Positions 36,461 to 46,499 of a stretch of 64,000 nt of DNA are shown here, one piece after another. This stretch comes from Scyliorhinus canicula. Lineage: Eukaryota. Position 1 is the first letter of the stretch. Every line of letters starts with the position of its first letter. The notes below the pieces were generated by a model, which ran no database searches, was not told the DNA's origin, and was given only the letters and a program-made list of their open reading frames with translations. Position numbers and translations under genes: made by a program. The stretch covers positions 9,713,271 to 9,777,270 of the forward strand of contig NC_052175.1 in assembly GCF_902713615.1 (NCBI RefSeq). Reading direction: 5' to 3'.

Positions 36461-39400
36461 ATAATTTGGTTAATTGTCCCCCCCATCCAATTGTACTAAC
36501 ATGCATCCCCGATCTTTGTCATTTGTATGCATGTGTTGGAATTTCAATTTGTGCACCGAAATCAACACGTAAATGCAGCCATATCTCAGACCAGTGTCGA
36601 AAAGAGTCTTTTTTCCCTCAAGTCCAATTACCGTGGACCATAGCCGTTGTTGCTCAGGAAGGTAACATAATCGCTTTCCGTGTGTTCCACTACCTCCAAA
36701 GCATTTTACTTCCTTGGGATAGCAGCACCGTAGAAGCTTCCTCATGTCCCTTAGAAACAGCACACAACTCAGTCCATCAGTAACCACAAAGGTCTTTTGT
36801 CCATCACTGGCTGTTATGTGTCCCATTTTTCCGTCATCCAAATTGCTTTTCCATTTCTGATTGGAGTGGTAAATTATGATATCATGTACCACCCACTGAT
36901 TCCCTTGATTCATTAATTTAAAAGGTTCAATTGATATTGCTTGTATTCCTAACTTCCCCATTAATGTCTAACATTGTCGTGAACCATGTATGTCTGCCAA
37001 CCCCTGGTTTACATGAGAGAATATCTTTCTGACAAATTTCCTTCAAATCCCTTTCATCTGTCATCATTTCCCTTACACCATGAAAGTGTATATTTTCCAT
37101 TACAGCATTTGTAAAACCACATTGAACTGTCACTTTTCCAAATAAATTCTCCCTATTGTTAAATACATAGTAACAAAAATTAAGTCTTATCTTAACACAT
37201 TACTCATTACCTAACCACACAAATAGACTGTGTGGTACAAATTTACATATTTTCAACTGTTATCACAATTTTAATACTCGAAATAAAGTACAATATTGAA
37301 ACATCCCTTCTTGGCTTTGGGACCAATAGTCATTACATACTAAATATGGCATATAAACAACATCAATATTATTTGTAATGTTCTATGTAATTAAATCAAG
37401 AAAACACACTAAACTACCCCTCTATTAAAACATTCACACAGTTTAGAAATGCGGATCAAGTTGTTTAACGGCACACCTACCCCCCTTATCATATATATAT
37501 ATAACAGTCCCTATCAATTTACATGAAATGTCTTTCTTTAATAACGATTACAGCTCTTCAATGCAATATTGTTTTGCTGCATTGGTAACAATTTTCCCGC
37601 CGTGGTATCAAGCTACAAAAATTCTTAAATGATTGTCATTTATCATGTTGGGGTTCCTCGTCAGTCGCTGCTGTCTGCCGAGACCCTTAATACCTCCACC
37701 GTGTAGTACATACCCCATGGAGACCACAGATCATCCATCAGCTAATGTCCAGTTAGAGATGTCTGACTGGAGGTTTCACTGTCCAGTAATAATTTGATAT
37801 TTCGATTTGTTTCTAACCCGTAACGTTGTCCACCGGGCTCTTTCATTTAATTCCCTCAAATTTGTAGCCAATTGTATCATTAGTTTCCCCCCAATCCTGC
37901 AAAAAGATTCTTCTCTGGAGCGTAGTTCTCTTCCTTCTTGTGAACTGGTTTGTTATTTATCTGAAAAATCAAATGAACAGATCAAGGGTGGAGAGGGCCC
38001 TATTCTTTAATTTGTACTTTCTATTTTAATTTGGTTAACTCAGAAGTGCCCTCTCCAGGACTTCCTGATTTCGTTTGCCACCATTTCTTTTTGAACTGGT
38101 TTATTTTCCTTATCATTGATGTACATCATACAACTAAAGCCTGTTAAGCCTCCTCCTTCGTCATTGCACCCCTGAGTGAGATGCGAAGAATCTCAAACTC
38201 CTCCTCTTTTGCTCACCCTGTGATCCAATCTGGTCAAAACCTTACCCTGATACTTTCCTGATATTGCTACTATATTTAATTTAATTACTTTATTTTGATT
38301 ACGACCGGATTTTTATGAAAGTAAGATCCGAACATGACATTTTTACTTTATTATCTGTCCAATCAATGCTGCTAACAGGTTTTAATTCACTGTCTTCCCA
38401 CCAATTGGATCATGTGTTTTAATTGTGATACAATTTATTTTGCTCCAGACACCATGCTTCTCTAATTCAACTGTATGTGTCCCCAGAATCTGAATGATCT
38501 TATCTTTACATTTTACAGCTTCACTGATTATTTTCCTGCAGTTTTAGTTGGTAGCTTCACCCAAATTTCCTCTATTATCAATTGGTTTTAATATCTTAAT
38601 TTTCTAAAGCTCCTTCTTCAATGTATTTAACATTCTAAACATCATTATTTCTGCTCGTGACTATGTGATCATCAGGCACTAGGACCCTGCGGAGCCATGC
38701 AGTGTCAATTTCAATGCAGCAATTTCAAAGTCTGCAGCAGCTGACTGCTGCCCAGCACAAACTCTTTATCTGTTTATTCTGAGACCAATTTAGTTCTGAA
38801 CATACTGATTTACTGATAATACTGATCACATTTCTTCCTGCCATTTATAACTTCCAATTCATGTGAAAATCGGCTTTACAAAATACAACATTTTTTTTAA
38901 ATACAAACATTAAAGGAAATTCACAATTCCTTATTAGACATACACACACTCATTCATCCACTCAGATCTTGGATCTTTACTCTGCAGGATTTCACAAATC
39001 CTTATTAAACACACATTTATCCACTGAGATCTTGGACCTCTATTCTGTAGGGTTTTAGTTACTCTTAATAAAATTTGAGACCCCTCCCTGCGTGTAAGTT
39101 TCACTTCTGCAGGAGTTTTTTTTGCCTCTTAAGCTTTTCCACTCTTGTTTCATTGTTTCAACTCTCTAGACCATGTTTCAGAGCAAGAGGATTATTCTCA
39201 TTGCCATTTTTCTGAATTCAACTTCTGTTCCTGGTTGCCCCTTTCAGGTGCACTCTGAAATTAAGGATAAGTACCATTTCTGGGCCCTATCCAAGGCTGA
39301 ATAAGGCACTATCTTCCTGTTTTAGTTAAGGGTCGATTGGTTATTGGTTTCTGAAGATTCTAAGCGTCCCTATTTTCCAGAAAATGTCCGCACAATCTGC

Positions 39401-39637
39401 TTTACTCTGAGGATGATTTATTCTTTGGCCTCTTTTACCAGTAACGGATGCAAGATTTTAGTGCTATCACCAAAATGTCTTGCAGACTTTTTCTCAGGGT
39501 CATTATCTTCTAGTCTACTGATTTTCACACCCAACCTGAGCTTCAGTCCCCTCGATCCACAGAATATCCTTACAAAAGCCAATCACACATGACTTTCCAG
39601 ACTAAACTCGGCAGGTAAAGTCTGACTCACACATGGA

Positions 39638-39833
39638 CTAGAAACTTCTAATATTCTAGCCTTTGTGCCGGTTAGAAACTTCTAATATTCCAACCGTTTC
39701 TTGGGAACTAGAAACTTCTAATATTCTAGCCCCTACTCTGCTTAACTAGACACTTCTAATATTCTAGCCTCGCTTTACCTAGAAACTTCTAATATTCTAG
39801 GTTCACTTTACCTAGAAACTTCTAATATTCTAG
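39638..39833 (-). repeat. Array of six 22-bp hairpin repeats with unique 11-16 bp spacers in the LTR-element leader
   Basis: Plus-strand CTAGAAACTTCTAATATTCTAG at 39638, 39672 (variant), 39708, 39746, 39779 and 39812; spacers are 12, 14, 16, 11 and 11 bp. Confidence 0.95.
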
Positions 39834-39834
39834 G

Positions 39835-39852
39835 CCTCCACGCTGGGCGCCA
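39835..39852 (-). promoter_or_regulatory. Primer-binding site, tRNA-Lys(CUU) type
   Basis: TGGCGCCCAGCGTGGAGG immediately follows the 5' LTR; 15/18 match to the Lys1,2 PBS TGGCGCCCAACGTGGGGC. Confidence 0.85.
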
Positions 39853-41279
39853 TGAAGTTAAAACTCACCACTATTCTTAGAATTCCCCCTATACCAAAAA
39901 AAGGTCGATATTCTAAATGGTGAACAGGGATTCTCACTCCCTGACTCCAATGCAGGCTTCTGTGGGTGCTATTCAGGTCAAACTATCTTTTCAAGTTATC
40001 CCCCGGTATAACCCATACCTTCACCGAATAATTTTACCTACTTACCCCTTAATAGCATTGATGTCCTGGGTCCTGCGTTATTAAGGAAGTGAAGTAAGCT
40101 AATAACCACTTTTTCAGGTTAAGTTATTTTTATTATTATATTTTTTCTTTTAAAAGCTTCAAACACTTTCATTACAGAAAGGAAAAGAGATCTTGCTTCT
40201 GGCTGCTGCTGGTTGGTTGTACAGACCTTCAGGCCCACCTTGTCAATCAATTTCTTAAAATCTGGTCTTCTGGAGTTGTATTCACTGATGAACTCGGTTG
40301 CTGTTTCCTGTCTTTCCCATGCACCGAGCTGTGAGAGCTGGCTCTGCTAGCTATCTCTAAGCTGACTCTGACTCCTGTATAAATTCTAGTCTTCCTTAGA
40401 TGTATAACTGTTTAAACTCGGCTGCTGGCCTTGTCTTTCCCATGACCGAGCCATCTCTCTCTCTCTCTCTGAGTTCTCCTCCCCTTCTCTCCTGTTGCTG
40501 TTGCTGTTGCTTCTGCTCCCTGGGTTTATATTCTCTTTCTAAGAGTTATTAAGTTTTAACGACTTTATTGTAAATGGGCTTGTTTCACTTTGATAGTTTA
40601 AAAGTATCTTTGATGTAAACATTTTACTACAACTAATTATTAATTTTGGGCATATCGTCTCCTCTCAGATCTGATTAAAAAATGCTTTGGTTTCAATAGT
40701 TAACTTTTATTTCTTTGATTTCGAATCGTTTAATTTTCCAATTGTCCCCAGCTCATAACTTTGCCTTTGATTTTGACTTAAATGATGGTTCTCGTAGACA
40801 GGTCGTCTCCAATTTTCTTTTAATTGAATTGATGTTCGTAGAATTTTACACTTTAAAATTGACACCAAATTCGACTGGGCTTCTTCCATTCTTTCCAGCT
40901 GTTTACTAAGAGAGTTTATTTCAATTAAGGTGTGAAACTTTGCTTTTAGCTGTATGCTAAAATTTAACTTGGTTATGACTTGAAATATTTGCCTGTTTTA
41001 AACATTCGTCACTTAATGCAATTGAAACTCTCATACATGCTTTTTCAGATGCTTCCTGAGATAGTTACATTCCATGAAGGTGTGAGCCATTGTTTTAGCT
41101 TACCACATGAAACCTATGTGTTTGCTAAACCTGCTTGTGATCAAGAATCTGCATTTTATAACCCTGCTCTTTGCAGCTGCTATTAACCTATTGTGGGATC
41201 TTTCCTTGTACCCTCTCAAACCAGATATTGCCAGACTTCCATGTTTCAAATGACACATTTTTCTGTATTTTCAAGAACA
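39853..41279 (-). repeat. 5' LTR (1427 bp)
   Basis: Colinear with the 3' LTR, differing by scattered substitutions and (CT)n length; TATAAA at 40530-40525. Confidence 0.92.
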
Positions 41280-41394
41280 GCATGTATTTGCTTAGTTTGG
41301 CCCTTTGTTCCACGCTGTAACTATTACTATGTTTTGATGTACATTTGGCAATGAGCTCTGTCGATTATTCTTTTGTCCACGGACTTGCTTGACG

Positions 41395-41705
41395 ATCCAT
41401 GGTCCCGGGTTTGATTCCAGGCTTGGGCCACTGTCTGTGCAGAGACTACACGTTCTCCCCGTGTCTGTACGGGTTTCCTCCGGGTGCTCCGGTTTATTCC
41501 CACAGTCAAAAGATGTGCAGATGAGGTGGAGTTGCCAAAATAAATTGTCCTTAGTGTCCAAAAACGTTTGGTGGGGTTACTGGGTAACGGGGATCGGGAT
41601 GGGGGTGTCGACTTAAGTAGCGTACGCTTCCCAAGGGCAAGAACACTCGACGGGCCGAATGGACTCCTTCTGCACTGTAAATCTAGAATACCTGAGTCGA
41701 TGATT
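41395..41705 (+). mobile_element. HE1-like SINE (older)
   Basis: B-box-like ggtttgattcc, V-core and tail. Confidence 0.8.
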
Positions 41706-41789
41706 CCAACAGTCAGGTAGAAAAATGCGCTTTGCTGTACACCGGCACATGTGACAATACACACAAATCAATCCATCGTTTCTCTCCCC

Positions 41790-42030
41790 TCGCCGTATAT
41801 CAGGGACACTGTCGGTGAACTCTGCCCGTCAATCCCCCCCCCATCCCTCCGTTTATAAGGGACACTCTCGGTGAACTCTATCTCTCACACCCCCTCCCAC
41901 CCCCGCCCACTCCCATTTATGGGGGACACTACCTGTGAACTCTGTCCCTCACACCCACCGCTCCGTATATCAGGGACACTGCCGGTGAGTTGTGTCCCTC
42001 ACCCACCTCTCCCAACACCGTTTATCAGGG
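41790..42030. repeat. ~42-bp minisatellite
   Basis: gggacactgtcggtgaactctg units. Confidence 0.85.
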
Positions 42031-42519
42031 AGTTTATTTTTTCTGAAAAGGGACATTTATCCAATTCACATATTTGGCTCTTTGAATATTTTTAACTGCT
42101 TTGCAATATTACTTTTATCAGTGGGTTTATTTCTCTTGAGATATTTTCCAGGCTTTGTTCTCTTGTGGCTTTTCCTCCTCCTCCTCCCGGACGGCAGGGG
42201 CCGCTACAGCTCTCAGTGCTGTCCGACGTTGCTCTCAGTGTCACCTCTTGGCCCCTCACCACCAGCCCGGCCGCTACTTGTTGGCTGGAACATCCGGTCC
42301 CTAAGGAGAAGGTATGGGCGGGGCATCGCGGCCGGGCCCTTCCTCCAACAACCGTTAACTTTAATCTTGTGGAGATGCCGGCGTTGAACTGGGGTCAGCA
42401 CAGTAAGACGTCTTACAACACCCGCTTAAAGTCCAACATGTTTGTTTCGAATCACTAGCTTTCGGAGCACAGCTCCTTCTGTAGGAGAATAAAGAGGTGG
42501 ATGAATCTTTTGTCCACGG

Positions 42520-42845
42520 AAGCACAGTGTTAGCACAGTTGCGTCAGAGCTCCAGGGTCCGTGGTTCGATTCCCGGCTGGGTCACTGTCTGTACGGATTC
42601 TGCACGTTGTCCCCGTGTCTGTGTGGGTTTCCTCCGCATGCTCCGGTTTCCTCCCACGCTCCAAAGATGTGCTGGCGATGCTAAATTGCCCTTAGTGTCC
42701 AAAAATCTTGGGTGGGGTTACTGAGTTACGAGGATCGGGTGGAGATGTGGGCTTAAGTAGGGTGCTCATTCCAACGGCGGTGCAGACTCGATGGGCCGAA
42801 TGGCCTCCTTCTGCACTGTAAGTCTATGATTACATGTTTCTATGA
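42520..42845 (+). mobile_element. HE1-like SINE (older)
   Basis: Head gcacagtgttagcacag...ggttcgattccc, V-core and tail. Confidence 0.85.
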
Positions 42846-42939
42846 TTCGGGTAGAAAAAAACTTTTTGTTGTACATTTGTACATGTGACAGTAAATATTA
42901 ATTTATCAATCATGTCTACTTCCTCGTTGTTTATCAGTG

Positions 42940-43475
42940 AAACTGTCGGTGAACATTGTCCCTCAACCCCCCACCCCCCGCCTAAACCGATTTATCTGGG
43001 AGACCGTCAGCGAACTCGGTCCCTCACCCCCACACCTCGCTTATCTCGGACGTCGGTGAATTCTGTCCCTCACACCCCCAGCCGTTTATCAGGGACACTG
43101 TCGCTGAACTCTGTCCCTCATACCCACCCCCTCCCTGAGGTTTATCAGGGACACTGTCGGTGAACTCTGTCCCTCATCGCTGCATCTCCCCCTCCCCGAT
43201 ATTAGGGACAGAGACTGTGAACTCCTTTCCTCATCCAACCTCCACCGCCGCTCATCAGCGAACCTGTCGGTGAACTGGGCGCCTCATTCCGCCGCCAGTC
43301 CCCGCCGCTTATCAGGGGCACTGTGGGCGAGCTCTGTCCCTCATGCCGTCCCCGAAACCCCGTTGATCAGGGTCACTGTCAGTGAACGCTGTCCCTCCAG
43401 TCCCAGCCTCGATTATCAGGGACAGAGTCGGTTAACGCTGCCCCTCATCCCCCCACCCCACACACACCATTTATC
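42940..43475. repeat. ~42-bp minisatellite (over 10 units)
   Basis: ttatcagggacactgtcggtgaactctgtccctca units. Confidence 0.9.
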
Positions 43476-44181
43476 GAGGCTTTTTCTTTTTCTGAAAAGG
43501 AAAGTTTTCTCCAATTCACACATTTGGCAATTTTAATATTTTAGCTACATTATAATAATATCTGTGTCAGTGGATTTATTTCTTTTGAGATATTATCCAG
43601 TCTTTATTCCCTGTGTGCCTGTTCCTCCTCTTCCTCTTGGACGCCAGGGGCCGCTACAGACCGTGGTGCAGTGCCAAATGTTCCTCTCTGTGTCACCCCT
43701 TGCCCATGCAACCTCAACCCGGCCGCTGCTTGTTGGCTGATATCCGGGCTACTGAAGAGGAAGTGCGGGCGTGGTATCACGGCCTGCCCCTCCCCCTCAC
43801 TCCATTTTAATGATGTGGAGATGCCGGCGGTGGACTGGGGTGGCTCAGTATTAAGTGTTAAAAGTCCAAATGGTTTATTGGGAATCACTAACTTTCGGGG
43901 CCTTGCTCCTTCATCAGGTGAATCACCGAAAGGTCGTGATTCCAAATTGACCTGTTGGATTTGAACCTGGTGTTGTGAGACTTCGTAACGATAATTTTAA
44001 ATAAGGAGGAAGCAGTGAATCTTCAGAAAAGGCGTCAAAGTGACTGAAATTCTAAAAAGAACAAAGTAAGGCCCGAAGGCCAATTTAAAACAACGAAATA
44101 AACAAAAAGTCATGTTTATCTATAAACGGAGGACCGGCTGCACAGGCGAGGACGCTTCTACCGTACGGGCCACAGCTAAAT

Positions 44182-44362
44182 GGGGCTGGTATAGATCACT
44201 AGGCTAAATCGCTGGCTTTTAAAGCAGACCAAGCAGGCCAACAGCAACGTTCGATTCCCGTACCAGCCTTCCCGGACAGGCCCTGGAATGTGGCGACTAG
44301 GGGCTTTTCACAGTAACTTCATTGAAGCCTACTCGTGACAGCGATTTTCATTTTCATCTCAT
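44182..44362 (+). mobile_element. Second tRNA-derived SINE family copy
   Basis: ggggctggtatagatcac...gttcgattcccgtaccagcc...ctaggggcttttcacagtaac with a (ttttca)n tail; homologous to 33505-33674. Confidence 0.75.
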
Positions 44363-44503
44363 TTCACTGTCTCCCCGGCAAGCCATGCTGGCCGCCTACC
44401 GTCTCCCCTGAATGCAAGATGGCCAATTGCATGCTTAGGATGTACATTTTGAGCGGCCAATGAGAGAAGAGAGATAACGTGTTGGTGGATTTCCTCTCAG
44501 GAT

Positions 44504-45347
44504 TTAACTAATTGACGAAATGGTGGAGTGGAATTTCAAAACATTATTCAATTGCTGCCTGAACTGAGTCTGTCACGATGAAAATCGCAGTGTTTGTGCA
44601 GCAGCTCAGAAGCTGCGGCATGAAGTCCAATTCCATAACGTTACGTGTGTATAGAATTGTCCCGCAAACAAAGCATCCGATACCATATAAAATAAACCAT
44701 GAACATTGACCATAACAGAATGAAAGTGGCTTTGATAATACACAGTAGAATTATGGATTTCCTTCAGCTCTCCATCTCCGGGTCTCTAGGACTCTCCCCA
44801 CTGTTGTGAGCCCGGAATCTCCTGCGGGCCTGCTGTTAAAGACAATGTATCTGATGGTGGAAACATTGAGCAGCAAATGGACAAATGAAATATTGTGGAG
44901 GAAATCGATTGCTCCCCAGACTGGAGAGTAATAAACATCACCTGTGACACCACAAAACCAGTGCAATTTCGTCATCCGATACCTAACCAAGAACATAAAA
45001 TACTAGAAAATTTTCTTGAAACAACTCAGCACAGTCAGTGTTCCCAGTCAGAGCCGTCGTTTTCTCGCTGCAATATTAACTTTTCTGCTACGGTCATCAA
45101 ATAGCCACAAGTCGATCAAAAGTGAATGTGACGGTGAAACAGACAGAACAAGCAGTGGCTGAAAAATGCAGAATGGCGTAGGTATTACACACAGAGATGG
45201 ACCGCAGGAAATCAAACTGTTCAATAAAAACAATGGAAATATGTCTCAATATCAGGTCGAGAATAACGGCCAGTAGATCCCCCATGGCCAAATTTGGCCA
45301 GCCCACAGTTTTTTTTCTCTTCAGGATAATAATTGTGAGGAGGCTCA
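44504..45347 (-). pseudogene. GPR139/142-like GPCR pseudogene (exon 2)
   Basis: Intact acceptor ctcacAG|TG at 45349-45348, same phase as copy 1. Motifs AMGDLLAVILDLILRHI, SVCFTVTFTFDRLVAI*, RDPEMES*RKS and QLLSCCTNTAIF..TQTQFRQQL survive amid multiple stops, frameshifts and deletions. Confidence 0.9.
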
Positions 45348-45429
45348 CTGTGAGAAAGGGAAAGAAAGAATGAAATTATACATCAGGCTAGGGAAGGCAT
45401 TGTCCGTTTGGTTGATTTAGTGTTAACAA

Positions 45430-46490
45430 AGACAAACAAACAAACACTCACAGTCACAGAGACATATATACACACACACACAGAGTCACAAATGCACACA
45501 CTTACGGACAAAGATATAGAAATACACAATCTCACAGAAACAGACACAAATAAGAACATTCACAGACAAAGTGCGACACAAATACACAATCACAGACAGA
45601 TACAGAAATACACACTCACAGACACATTTGGACAAAAATACACACTCGCAGACTCAGAACACAAATACAGAAACTCACAGAGACACAAGTACACACATTC
45701 AATGCCTCAAGTACACACACGTAAATAGAAACAAAAATGCACACGCTCATAGCCACAGAGACGCAAATACAGACACGGTCACACTGAGACACAAATACAT
45801 ATACTCACACAAACACAGAGACACTAATACACACACAGACAAAGACACATATCCAGTCACACACCCACACACACACATACACACCCACACCCAGACACAT
45901 GCATCTAAACACGCCCAAAAATGTACACGCCCACACAATGACACATTTACACCGACGCACACACTTGAACCCATACACTCATCCACACACGCACACATAC
46001 ACACACACACACACTCAGGACCACAACCTGACACACTGACATCCACTCACATACACGCACATGTACACATACATTTACCTAAACACACGTACATACACAC
46101 AGCAACATAATCACACCCACATATGGCAATTCCACACATATACATAAGTACCCACGCACTCCCACTCACTCATATATAACCTGCACTCACCCTCACTCCC
46201 ACACACAACCACACTGACAAACACTCAGCCACATACACACCCACACGCAAACGGGGGCACACACGCTTAACCAACACACACATACACGAATCCCAGACAC
46301 ACAAACGCACACACCAAACCACTCACACATACAACTATGAACAACCCCCCCCCAAACACACACACACCCGGAGACCACATAAACAAACGCTCACAACCAG
46401 CCGCAGGCACACAGAGACACCTACACACACACACTTTCACCCACATACCTACACATAAACATACCCACACAAATGGCGAAATACACACCC
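45430..46490. repeat. CA-rich low-complexity tract
   Basis: About 1 kb of degenerate (CA)n; source of the H/T-rich and V/C-rich spurious ORFs. Confidence 0.95.
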
Positions 46491-46499
46491 CGCTTTTTG

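Larger units (their letters stand above)
34760..41279 (-). mobile_element. Bounded LTR retroelement (ERV-like, apparently non-autonomous)
   Basis: Direct repeats at 34760-36191 and 39853-41279, both TG...CA. GCAT duplicated at 34756-34759 and 41280-41283. PBS at 39852-39835 and a short PPT (aagacgggg) at 36200-36192. No recognisable RT or integrase motifs in the 3.66-kb interior. Confidence 0.92.

Noticed and set aside
36470-36961. 163-aa ORF as a retroviral env
   Set aside because: I found no signal peptide, furin site, CX6CC motif or TM segment; its position before the PPT is suggestive only.
39638-39833. CRISPR array
   Set aside because: Vertebrate DNA, spacers only 11-16 bp, no cas genes, and the array sits in an LTR-element leader next to a PBS.
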